NCBI GenBank assembly: GCA_037927135.1
Contig: JAXSPP010000008.1
Span: 1-64,000 of the forward strand
Direction: 5' to 3'
Length of the DNA: 64,000 nt
Source of the DNA: Candidatus Pampinifervens sinense
GTDB lineage: Bacteria > Aquificota > Aquificia > Aquificales > Aquificaceae
Notes under the pieces: model-generated
The model's input: the letters and a program-made list of their open reading frames with translations, nothing else
Told to the model about the DNA's origin: nothing
The model's database searches: none
Program-made: the position numbers and the translations under genes
In this document: piece by piece, positions 18,754-27,546 of the stretch
Layout: each line of letters opens with the position of its first letter
Position numbering within the stretch: position 1 is the stretch's first letter

Positions 18754-20006
18754 CCAAAGAGGTCTCTCCATAGACCTCTTGCCCACTCTTTATACCTCTT
18801 GGCTGTTGTCTCTTTCCTCTGGTTATCCTCCCTATGGGTTGGTATGAACCTCTTTGATACTGCATCATACCTAAAGGCAGTTTCTGTCATTATGGCCTCT
18901 TTGTCGCTTACCATGGCATAGCATATCATCTGCATATACTCTTCTTTGACCTCTTTACCTTTTAGCCTTGCGTTTATTATCTTTGCCACAAGCTTACCCT
19001 CTGAGTGTGCAGCATATCCACTTTTTGGAAGATAGCTCTGAGATGCATCACCTATAACGAAAACGTTTTTCACAGAAGTTTCAAAGGTAAGAGGATTTAC
19101 CTCTACCCACTTTTGACCCCTTTTGAGAAGTCCGGCATCCTGCAATAGCCTGTTTGCCCTCATGGGAGGTATTATGTTGGCAAGGTCATACTTAAAATCT
19201 CCATGGGATGTTTTTACAATCCTTTTATGCACATCTATATCCCTTACATGAGCGGAGGTCACATAAGTTGCCACATCCTTATATAGGTCATAGTAAGCGG
19301 AAAGGAAGCCTTCTGAGTTGATAAGGGGTCTTTCGTTGGCATCTATAAAGTATATGTGCGCCTTTATCTTGTTTCTCTTTATCATGCTTGCCAATAGGGC
19401 TGCCCTTTCGTAAGGAGCGGGTGGACATCTGTAAGGTGGTGGTGGCACTGTTATGACTATATCTCCACCTTCAAAGTCCTCTATGAGCTTTTTAAGGTAT
19501 ATATGCTCCGACCCAGGCCTAAAGGCTGGAGGGTTATATACAAGGGAATCTCTGTAAAATGGATAATCTTCTATATCATAGTCTATACCCGGTGATAGCA
19601 CAAGATAGTCATAGGATATATATCCAGATGAGGTCCTTACTACCTTTTTATCAAGCTCCACTCCAAGCACCTTATCGTTCAAAACCCTCACGCCATACTT
19701 TACCTCAAGCACGTTGTAGGAAAAGCACAGAGGTGTAAGCTCCATAAGGCCTGCCAAAAAGTGGTTTGACATAGGACAGGACATAAAGAAAGGTCTTTCT
19801 TCAATTAGAACCACATCAAGGTTTGGATTTTCCTTCTTTAAATACTTGGCTACGGTCACACCACCATAGCCACCACCTACTATAACTACTTGGGCCTTAA
19901 GTCTGCTTTGTGTCTTTGAATACACCAAAAGAGGCGCTGTAATACCTACAAGGGCACTACCTACGATCAATTCCCTTCTACTAACACCTGATAACTGATT
20001 TGACAT
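18750..20006 (-). CDS. fccB: Flavocytochrome c sulfide dehydrogenase flavoprotein (FccB/SoxF family), copy 2
   Basis: Tat-like SRRELI, GGGYGG, SCPMSN, CPPAPYERA, PKSGYAA, ICYA. Confidence 0.85.
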   Translation of the reverse strand: MSNQLSGVSRRELIVGSALVGITAPLLVYSKTQSRLKAQVVIVGGGYGGVTVAKYLKKENPNLDVVLIEERPFFMSCPMSNHFLAGLMELTPLCFSYNVLEVKYGVRVLNDKVLGVELDKKVVRTSSGYISYDYLVLSPGIDYDIEDYPFYRDSLVYNPPAFRPGSEHIYLKKLIEDFEGGDIVITVPPPPYRCPPAPYERAALLASMIKRNKIKAHIYFIDANERPLINSEGFLSAYYDLYKDVATYVTSAHVRDIDVHKRIVKTSHGDFKYDLANIIPPMRANRLLQDAGLLKRGQKWVEVNPLTFETSVKNVFVIGDASQSYLPKSGYAAHSEGKLVAKIINARLKGKEVKEEYMQMICYAMVSDKEAIMTETAFRYDAVSKRFIPTHREDNQRKETTAKRYKEWARGLWRDLFG

Positions 20007-20700
20007 ATTTATCCACCTCCATAACTATACATTTTTCCACAAGCTCCTTTGCTTTTGCAGTAGAACCATACTGCTGTCTTAGGTCTGCCTTGTAGTTATC
20101 AAAGAACTGGTCAAACTGGTCCTTACCAAGAACTCCTACGGCATAAAATTGGCCATTCTCTTCTTGTAGCACTATGGAGGCCAAAGGAACTTCTGGTGGA
20201 CCATCTAAGACCTTTGCACCTTCCTTTGGGTCGTATAAACCTAAGTGGGCACAACACTGGATTATACCGGCCTTTTTTGTGGTCTCAGATGGCTTGTCTG
20301 GTGGATAGTAGTTTATAAAAGAGTAATCCTTTGTGGGATAGCTCCACTGGTGGGCGCATATGGCAGAGTAGGCTACTATACTCTTTTTTGACCCCACGCC
20401 CCCTGGCCAGAGGTAGCCAAGCCCATCCTTTAGCTTTATCTCCACAGGCTTTATCTCCTGGTCCAGATTAAGAAGATAACAAGGAGTGGAAACAAAGGGA
20501 TAGAAGAATATGTAATTGTTATGGGGCTTGAGGTCTTCTTCCTTTAGAGGAGACCCATCCTCTTTGACAAGGAGGGCCTTTTTGTAAGTTTTTAGCATTC
20601 CATCCTGTTGGCTTGCCAGCAAATTGGAGAAAATACTGGCATCCAGCATGGAAGCCACTGCCACGGTTCCACAAGTTTTTATAAAGTCTCTCCTATCCAT
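19981..20700 (-). CDS. Tat-exported Rieske [2Fe-2S] protein, atypical
   Basis: DRRDFIK; YSAICAHQW and IQCCAHLGLYDP...GPP Rieske boxes. Confidence 0.85.
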   Translation of the reverse strand: MDRRDFIKTCGTVAVASMLDASIFSNLLASQQDGMLKTYKKALLVKEDGSPLKEEDLKPHNNYIFFYPFVSTPCYLLNLDQEIKPVEIKLKDGLGYLWPGGVGSKKSIVAYSAICAHQWSYPTKDYSFINYYPPDKPSETTKKAGIIQCCAHLGLYDPKEGAKVLDGPPEVPLASIVLQEENGQFYAVGVLGKDQFDQFFDNYKADLRQQYGSTAKAKELVEKCIVMEVDKYVKSVIRC

Positions 20701-20726
20701 TCCTATTCACCTCTCTGTGTTATATA

Positions 20727-20742
20727 TGCAAATTCCATGCCA
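20727..20742 (-). promoter_or_regulatory. sigma54 (-24/-12) promoter for the Rieske-fccB2 unit
   Basis: Minus strand TGGCATGGAATTTGCA vs consensus TGGCAC-N5-TTGCA, exact GG-N10-GC spacing, 26 nt upstream of ATG. Confidence 0.8.
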
Positions 20743-20791
20743 CGCTTTGGAAGGCTTGTATACTTCACAGAGCATTGAGAAGGGTGTTTTG

Positions 20792-20801
20792 TGTTGCAAC
20801 A
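20792..20801. promoter_or_regulatory. Palindrome, candidate upstream activator site
   Basis: Perfect palindrome TGTTGCAACA about 50 nt upstream of the -24 element. Confidence 0.45.
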
Positions 20802-20810
20802 TGTGATGCA

Positions 20811-20829
20811 AAGGGGGCAAGGCCCCCTT
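20811..20829 (-). terminator. Hairpin terminator after fccB copy 1
   Basis: AAGGGGGC-CTT-GCCCCCTT 4 nt after the stop codon; short U tract. Confidence 0.7.
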
Positions 20830-20833
20830 AAGA

Positions 20834-22153
20834 TTATGCGAACATGTCCTTATACATAGACCTTGCCCATTCATAGGTAGCCTTTGCCAAGGCTTCAGAC
20901 CTTTCGTTTATCACCTTGGGCTTTGGAACTATCTTCTTTTCCTTTTCGTTGTAGTCGTAGGTTACGTTTATAACTATAGCCTCCTGGGGTGATCCGTTCA
21001 CCATGGAGTAGCAGGTGTTGTCTGGAAGGGTGGGCTTGTACTCTTTTCCTGCTATCCTTGAGGCTATCACCTTTGCCACTATCTTACCCTGAGAGTTGGC
21101 CATATGCCCGCTCTTTGGATAGGGGACTCCACCTATAACGTCTCCTACCAAGAAGACATGGGGGTCTGTCTTTGCCTGAAAGGTAAGGGGATCTTGGTCC
21201 GCCCAGCCAGTGGGTTTGCCCTCTTTGTCCTTGGCTATAAGGTCTGCCATCCAGACAAGCTCTCCCGCCTGTTGGGGCGGTACTAAGTTGGCGTCTGTAA
21301 ACTTGAAGTCTCCTGCGGTTGTCTTTATTACCTTCTTTACAGGATCCACTTCTTTGATGACTGCCTTTGGCACATATTCTATAATACCCAGATAGACCTG
21401 TTCAAAGGCAGCCCTAAAGCCCGGTCCCTTTGGAGCTATATCATCCTTAGGATCAAGAACTATAACCTTTCCTTTAACCTTGTTCCTCTTAAAGACTTCA
21501 GCTATCATACAAGCCCTCTCATAAGGCGCTGGGGGGCATCTGAAGAGTCCCGGAGGCACTGTGATTATAAAGTCTCCCTCTTCAAACTCATGTATCTTTC
21601 TCTTCAAGGCCAAGTGTTCAGAACCAGGGATAAAGGCAGCTGGATAGTGGATCCTTGTATAGTTTGCCATATCCTTGTTGTCTCCAAACCAAGCCTTATA
21701 GTTGTACTTTATGCCGGGTGCAAGCACCAGGTAGTTGTATTCTATGTAGCCGTGGGGAGTATAGACCCTCTTTTTGTCCCTTTCTATGCCTATGACCACT
21801 GCGTTTATAAACTTGTAGCCATACTTGGAAGCTGGCTGGTTGTAGTCGTGGGAAAGAAAATCCAAGCTCACAAGGTCTGCAAGCCATGGATTGGATATGG
21901 GGCAGGAGAAAAAGTTAGGCCTTTTTTCAATAAGAATAACCTCTATGTTGGGGTTTTCCTTCTTGAGGTACTTGGCTACCGTCAGCCCTGCCCATCCACC
22001 ACCGCATATTACAACCCTGTTGCCCTTAGGTGGTGGAAGCACGGCTTCCATCTTTACCACTTTTTCTGCAGCTGCAAAAATGGGCTTTGAAGAAAGCCCT
22101 GCTGCCAAGGCCCCTACTCCTACAGACTTTAAAAGGTCCCGCCTTGTAATCAT
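20834..22153 (-). CDS. fccB: Flavocytochrome c sulfide dehydrogenase flavoprotein (FccB/SoxF family), copy 1
   Basis: Tat TRRDLLK, GGGWAG, SCPISN, CPPAPYERA, PKSGHMANSQGK, NTCYS. Confidence 0.88.
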   Translation of the reverse strand: MITRRDLLKSVGVGALAAGLSSKPIFAAAEKVVKMEAVLPPPKGNRVVICGGGWAGLTVAKYLKKENPNIEVILIEKRPNFFSCPISNPWLADLVSLDFLSHDYNQPASKYGYKFINAVVIGIERDKKRVYTPHGYIEYNYLVLAPGIKYNYKAWFGDNKDMANYTRIHYPAAFIPGSEHLALKRKIHEFEEGDFIITVPPGLFRCPPAPYERACMIAEVFKRNKVKGKVIVLDPKDDIAPKGPGFRAAFEQVYLGIIEYVPKAVIKEVDPVKKVIKTTAGDFKFTDANLVPPQQAGELVWMADLIAKDKEGKPTGWADQDPLTFQAKTDPHVFLVGDVIGGVPYPKSGHMANSQGKIVAKVIASRIAGKEYKPTLPDNTCYSMVNGSPQEAIVINVTYDYNEKEKKIVPKPKVINERSEALAKATYEWARSMYKDMFA

Positions 22154-22183
22154 GCTATACCTCCCTATAAAGCGTTGTTAATA

Positions 22184-22213
22184 ATCATACTTCTTAAGGA
22201 ATGAGCTTGTCAA
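22184..22213 (-). promoter_or_regulatory. sigma70-type promoter for fccB copy 1
   Basis: Minus strand TTGACA-N18-TATGAT. Confidence 0.6.
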
Positions 22214-22240
22214 TAAGAAAATCTTTGAGGAACCATTAAT

Positions 22241-22258
22241 TAGGCTTATTTAAGCCTA
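22241..22258. promoter_or_regulatory. 8-2-8 inverted repeat in the divergent fccB/ilvB spacer
   Basis: TAGGCTTA-TT-TAAGCCTA. Confidence 0.5.
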
Positions 22259-22355
22259 TCCTTATATGCTTATAATCAAAAGAGTCAAAAATTAACCAAT
22301 TTTAAACCTTCTGCTTATATTTTATACTTTTACAAGCTTTGTTTGGAGGTAGGAC

Positions 22356-24110
22356 ATGCCAAGAAAGGGCGCAGATATTGTGATAGAGGTGTTAAAAGAA
22401 GAAGGCGTGGAGGTGATCTTTGGGCACCCCGGCGGTGCTATAATGGAGGTCTACGATGCCCTATACAGGGATGGTAGTATAAGGCATATATTGGCAAGGC
22501 ATGAGCAGGGTGCTGGGCATATGGCAGAAGGCTATGCAAAGGCCACTGGTAAGGTTGGAGTGGCCATGTCCACCTCTGGACCCGGTGCTACAAACTTAGT
22601 GACAGCCATTGCGGACGCCTACATGGACTCTGTGCCTGTGGTCTTTATAACGGGACAGGTGCCCACACACCTCATAGGCAACGATGCCTTCCAAGAGGTG
22701 GATATAGTGGGTATCACAAGGCCCATAACCAAGCACAACTTTTTGGTCAAAAGGATAGAGGACCTACCTCTCATACTGCGCCAGGCCTTTTACATAGCCA
22801 GGACTGGAAGGCCTGGGCCAGTGCTTGTGGATATTCCAAAGGACATAACACAAAAGCTAAGCGATGTGAAGATACCTACCATTGAGGAGGTAAAGGAGTC
22901 TTTGCCTGGCTATAGGCCACACCTTGAGGGCAACCTACAGCAGATAAGGAAGGCAGTAAGGCTTATAATGGAGGCAAAAAGGCCTGTGCTTTATGTGGGT
23001 GGTGGTGCGGTCCAAGCGGAGGCCCAAAGGGAGCTGGTGGAGCTGGCAGAGCTTATGAAGATACCTGTGACTACCACCAACATGGGAAAGGGTGCCTTTC
23101 CTGAGCTTCATCCCTTGGCTTTGCACATGCTTGGCATGCACGGCACCTACTATGCCAACATGGCCGTCTACCACTGCGACCTTCTTATAGCCATAGGTGC
23201 CAGGTTTGATGACAGGGTAACAGGAAAGGTGGAAGAGTTTGCACCCCAGGCCAAGATCATCCACGTGGATATAGACCCTGCTTCCATCTCAAAGAACATC
23301 GTGGTGGATGTGCCCATAGTGGGTGATGTAAAGATAGTCTTGAGAAAGATCCTTGAGGAGCTAAAGAGGGAGGGTGCAAAGATACTGTACCCAGAGGAAA
23401 GACAAAAGTGGCTTGAGCAGATAGAAGCATGGAAGAAGAGATATCCACTTACATACACAAGGTCCAACAAGGTCATAAAGCCACAGTATGTGATAGAGCA
23501 GATATACGAGGCCACAAAAGGGCAGGCCATAATTGCCACAGGCGTGGGCCAGCATCAGATGTGGGCAGCCATGTTCTATAAGTACTCCTTCCCAAGGCAG
23601 TTTATAAACTCCGGTGGCCTTGGCACCATGGGTTTTGGCTTGCCTGCGGGCATTGGAGCCAAGATAGGAAGGCCGGACAAAGAGGTTTTTGTTATAGACG
23701 GTGATGGATCCTTTATGATGACCATGCAGGAGCTTGTTACTGCCGTGCATTACAAGGTGCCTGTGAAGATAGCTATAATAAACAATGGCTATCTTGGTAT
23801 GGTGCGCCAGTGGCAAGAGCTTTTCTATGAGAAGAGGTATTCTGAAGTGGATCTGAGCGTCCAGCCAGATTTTGTCAAATTGGCTGAGGCTTGCGGAGCT
23901 GTGGGCTTTAGGGCAGAAAAGCCATCGGATGTGAGGGAGATAATAGAGGAGGCCCTCAAGATTGATGACAGGCCTGTTCTGATGGACTTTCGTGTGGACA
24001 GGGAGGAGAATGTGCTTCCTATGGTTCCTGCAGGAAGGTCCTACAGGGAGATGATCCTAGAAGATGGCAAAAAGTCTGTGGAAGCGGAAACCATGTATTT
24101 GGTGGGATAA
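22356..24110 (+). CDS. ilvB: Acetolactate synthase large subunit
   Basis: [35 protein letters not shown]...[12 protein letters not shown]. Confidence 0.97.
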   Translation: MPRKGADIVIEVLKEEGVEVIFGHPGGAIMEVYDALYRDGSIRHILARHEQGAGHMAEGYAKATGKVGVAMSTSGPGATNLVTAIADAYMDSVPVVFITGQVPTHLIGNDAFQEVDIVGITRPITKHNFLVKRIEDLPLILRQAFYIARTGRPGPVLVDIPKDITQKLSDVKIPTIEEVKESLPGYRPHLEGNLQQIRKAVRLIMEAKRPVLYVGGGAVQAEAQRELVELAELMKIPVTTTNMGKGAFPELHPLALHMLGMHGTYYANMAVYHCDLLIAIGARFDDRVTGKVEEFAPQAKIIHVDIDPASISKNIVVDVPIVGDVKIVLRKILEELKREGAKILYPEERQKWLEQIEAWKKRYPLTYTRSNKVIKPQYVIEQIYEATKGQAIIATGVGQHQMWAAMFYKYSFPRQFINSGGLGTMGFGLPAGIGAKIGRPDKEVFVIDGDGSFMMTMQELVTAVHYKVPVKIAIINNGYLGMVRQWQELFYEKRYSEVDLSVQPDFVKLAEACGAVGFRAEKPSDVREIIEEALKIDDRPVLMDFRVDREENVLPMVPAGRSYREMILEDGKKSVEAETMYLVG

Positions 24111-24124
24111 GGGAGGTAAAGGAA

Positions 24125-24700
24125 ATGGCGGACACCATTGGAGGCATGCAACTTGATACTATAAAGGCACCACTTTATAGGGAGGTAAGGAAGGGAGAGG
24201 TAAGGAAGCACATCATAACCTTAACTGTGAGGAACGAGCTGGGCGTTCTGGCACGCATAGCAACCCTTATAGCTGGTAAAGGCTACAACATAGAAGGCCT
24301 TTCGGTGGGAGAGACCCACGAAAAAGGCATATCCCGCATGACCATTGAGGTCATAGGCGACGATGTGGTCATAGACCAAGTGGTAAAACAGCTAAGGAAG
24401 CTTATAGATACTCTAAAGGTGAAGGATCTGACGGATATACCCCATGTGGAGAGGGAGCTTGCCCTTATAAAGGTTCATACGGCCACACCAAGGGCGAGGG
24501 ACGAGGTGCTAAGGCTTGTGGAGATCTTTAGGGCCAAAGTGGTGGATGTCTCTCCCGATACGTACACCATAGAAATAACTGGTACTGAGGATAAAATAAA
24601 TGCCTTTGTAGAGCTTGTAAGACCCTTTGGTATAAGGGAGATGGCAAGGACTGGAAAAGTGGCAATGAAAAGGGAAATCTCAAGCCAGGAGGAGGAGTAA
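24125..24700 (+). CDS. ilvH: Acetolactate synthase small (regulatory) subunit
   Basis: ACT domain NELGVLARI...GYNIEGLSVG, KQLRKL, RELALIKV, ARTG. Confidence 0.95.
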   Translation: MADTIGGMQLDTIKAPLYREVRKGEVRKHIITLTVRNELGVLARIATLIAGKGYNIEGLSVGETHEKGISRMTIEVIGDDVVIDQVVKQLRKLIDTLKVKDLTDIPHVERELALIKVHTATPRARDEVLRLVEIFRAKVVDVSPDTYTIEITGTEDKINAFVELVRPFGIREMARTGKVAMKREISSQEEE

Positions 24701-26164
24701 ATGGAGGTAAGGGCCTCAAACTTTGATGTAAAAAGTGTAAAGGACCCTGTAGGTCTTTTTGTTTTTGAAGACCAGTGGGAAAGCTTAAGCTTCTTGGGTG
24801 ATCTAAAAGAACAGGTAGAAAAGCTATTGAAGGCAGAAAACTTTAAGGGGAAGGAGGAGAGCCTTGCAAAGGTGAGTTTAATAGTGGATGGTGAGGTAAG
24901 GGTCTTTTATGTGGCTGGGCTTGGCAAAAGGGAAAAGGTGGGAGAAGACAGCTACAGAATAGCTTCAGCCCTTATAGCCAAAAGGGCAAAAAGGGATAAG
25001 GTAAAGAGCCTCTATGTTTATGCGGGGGATATAGACTATAGGCTAAGCAAGGCCATAACGGAGGGTGCCATCCTTGGAAGCTACAGGTTTGATAAGTATA
25101 AAACCAAGAAAGAAGAGGAAGAAAATTCAAGCCTTGAAAACCTTTATATATACGGAGGAGACCAGGAGGGTATAAACCTGGGAAAAATTTTGGCGGAAGC
25201 CCAGAACTTCACCAGAGACCTAGTGAATGAACCAGGAAATGTGATAAACCCCATAAGCCTTGCGGAGATAGCCCAAAAGGTGGCCCAAGATTATGGCCTT
25301 GAGTGTAGAGTTTATGATGAAAAAGAGATTCAAGAGATGGGCATGTATGCCCTCTGGAGCGTGGGTAAGGGTTCTGCCACACCACCAAGGTTTGTGCATA
25401 TGGTATACAGGCCAGAGGGAGAGCCAAAGGAAAGGATAGCCATAGTGGGCAAGGGCCTCACCTTTGACAGCGGGGGCCTCAACATAAAGACGGGAGATTA
25501 TATGAGGACCATGAAGATGGACAAGTCTGGAGCATGCGCAGTCATAGGCATAATGAAGGCCATAGCCCAGTTAAAGCCACAGGTGGAAGTGCATGGCATC
25601 TTTGGTGCGGCTGAGAACATGCCCAGCGGAACAGCCTACAGGCCAGATGATATTATAAGGGCCATGAACGGAAAGACCATAGAGATAGACAACACGGACG
25701 CAGAGGGAAGGGTAACCTTGGCGGACAGCCTCTCTTATGCCTCCAAGCTTGGTGTCTCAAGGATCATTGACATGGCCACATTGACCGGTGCTTGCATGGT
25801 AGCCCTTGGAGAATACACGGCGGGCCTGTTTACCAACGATGATGAGTTTGGAGATGAAATACTTAGCCTTTCAAGGCTTACCGGTGAGAGGATGTGGAAG
25901 CTACCTATGGATGACAAGAGGCTAAGGGAGAAGATAAAGAAGGGTGAGGGGGATGTTTTGAACTCTGGGGGAAGGTACGGCGGAGCCATTACAGCGGCCA
26001 TGTTCCTTGAGGAGTTTGTGGGAGAAGGTATAAAGTGGGTGCATCTTGATATAGCGGGGCCTGCTTACCTTAAGGAAGAGTTCGGTTATTATACAAAGGG
26101 GGCAACGGGCTTTGGTGTAAGAACCTGTGTGGAGTATATACTGAGGCTTGGTGGCAAAGGATGA
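24701..26164 (+). CDS. pepA: Leucyl aminopeptidase (M17)
   Basis: VGKGLTFDSGG, MKMDKSG, NTDAEGR, ATLTGA, WVHLDIAG. Confidence 0.95.
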   Translation: MEVRASNFDVKSVKDPVGLFVFEDQWESLSFLGDLKEQVEKLLKAENFKGKEESLAKVSLIVDGEVRVFYVAGLGKREKVGEDSYRIASALIAKRAKRDKVKSLYVYAGDIDYRLSKAITEGAILGSYRFDKYKTKKEEEENSSLENLYIYGGDQEGINLGKILAEAQNFTRDLVNEPGNVINPISLAEIAQKVAQDYGLECRVYDEKEIQEMGMYALWSVGKGSATPPRFVHMVYRPEGEPKERIAIVGKGLTFDSGGLNIKTGDYMRTMKMDKSGACAVIGIMKAIAQLKPQVEVHGIFGAAENMPSGTAYRPDDIIRAMNGKTIEIDNTDAEGRVTLADSLSYASKLGVSRIIDMATLTGACMVALGEYTAGLFTNDDEFGDEILSLSRLTGERMWKLPMDDKRLREKIKKGEGDVLNSGGRYGGAITAAMFLEEFVGEGIKWVHLDIAGPAYLKEEFGYYTKGATGFGVRTCVEYILRLGGKG

Positions 26165-27546
26165 GGGTAGTAATAGTAGGCAATGGGCCAGCCAGCGCAA
26201 GCGCCATAGAAGCTTTTAGAAAGGTGGATAAGGAATCAGACATCATAGTCCTCTCCGATGAGGAGTTTCCTACCTACGCACCCAACTGTATGGAAAATGT
26301 CATAAGGGGAGACATCTCCGAGGAGGCCCTCTTTTATAAGGGTGGCTTTAGCTTTTATGAAAAATACAAGGTGGACTTTAGGCCCGGTAAAGAAGTGGTA
26401 GGCATTGACAACAAAAGGAAGGTGGTTGTGGTAAAGGGGGGAGAGGAGATAGCTTACGATAAGTGCCTTTTGGCAGCGGGAGCCTACGCCTTTGTGCCAC
26501 CCATTCCCGGTGTGGAGCTGGGGGGTGTGACCACAGCCAAGAACCTCTACGATGCAAAAAGGATAAGAGATTGGGTGCTTTCGGGAAGGGTAAAGAGCGT
26601 GGTAATAGTGGGTGCGGGCCCCATAGGCATAGAGGATGCGGAGACTTTAAGACATATGGGCCTTGAGGTGCATGTGGTGGAGTTCTTTGATAGGGTGCTT
26701 CCGAGGATGTTGGACAAGTTTATGGCTGACAGGTACATGAAGCCTTTGGAGGAGGAAGGTATAAACTTCTACCTGAACCATCAGGTGGTGGCCATACATG
26801 GAGAGGATGGTTGGGTGGAGGCTGTGGAGATAAGGCCCAATGGGACGGACAAAAGCAAGTTCATAAGGGCTGATATGGTCATACTTTCCACTGGGGTAAG
26901 ACCCAGGATAAACCTTGTGGCAGACACGGACATAAAGCTACACATAAACGAAGCTACAGGAAGGGTAGTGGGAGGCATACTGGTAAACGAATACCAGCAA
27001 ACATCGGACCCTGATGTTTATGCAGCCGGAGACATATGTTCTGGCATAGACGCCTGGGGCAACCAAAGATGGATAGCCCTCTTTCCTACAGCACAGCAGA
27101 GTGGTGCCATAGCGGGCTACAATATGGCAGGGCTAAGGGTCAAAAACCCAGGCCTTGTGGATTACAACGCGGTAAAGACAAGGTCTGTCACGGCGGGCAG
27201 TGGAGGAGTCTTTGAAGATGCGGAAGAATCCTTTAGCTTTGAATGGGATGGCAAGCTGGTAAAGGTCTTCTTAAAAGAGGGGTCGGTGTGCGGATATCAG
27301 TTTGTGGGCTTGGGGAAAGGAAGACCTCTGAATCCAAGGAACAGGTTTTTAAAAGGTGAGAGGATAAAGAGCTGGGCTGAAAAAATTGCTTTAGACAAGG
27401 GGCTTGGCCTTGAGGCAAGCGGTGTGCTATTCCATCACTTTATAAGGTTTAGGGAAAGAAAGCTAGATGATAAGCTAATAAGGGCCATAAAATACGGCAT
27501 GCTCCGATCCCTTGCCAATCCAGCCTTTGATGTGCCTATATTTTAG
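26161..27546 (+). CDS. FAD/NAD(P)H-dependent pyridine nucleotide-disulfide oxidoreductase (NADH oxidase/CoADR-like)
   Basis: VVIVGNGPA, YAPNC, IVGAGPIGIE, TSDPDVYAAGD. Confidence 0.85.
   Translation: MRVVIVGNGPASASAIEAFRKVDKESDIIVLSDEEFPTYAPNCMENVIRGDISEEALFYKGGFSFYEKYKVDFRPGKEVVGIDNKRKVVVVKGGEEIAYDKCLLAAGAYAFVPPIPGVELGGVTTAKNLYDAKRIRDWVLSGRVKSVVIVGAGPIGIEDAETLRHMGLEVHVVEFFDRVLPRMLDKFMADRYMKPLEEEGINFYLNHQVVAIHGEDGWVEAVEIRPNGTDKSKFIRADMVILSTGVRPRINLVADTDIKLHINEATGRVVGGILVNEYQQTSDPDVYAAGDICSGIDAWGNQRWIALFPTAQQSGAIAGYNMAGLRVKNPGLVDYNAVKTRSVTAGSGGVFEDAEESFSFEWDGKLVKVFLKEGSVCGYQFVGLGKGRPLNPRNRFLKGERIKSWAEKIALDKGLGLEASGVLFHHFIRFRERKLDDKLIRAIKYGMLRSLANPAFDVPIF

Noticed and set aside
22154-22355. 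ilv attenuator leader peptide or T-box
   Set aside because: No Leu/Ile/Val-rich mini-ORF, terminator or T-box motif upstream of ilvB
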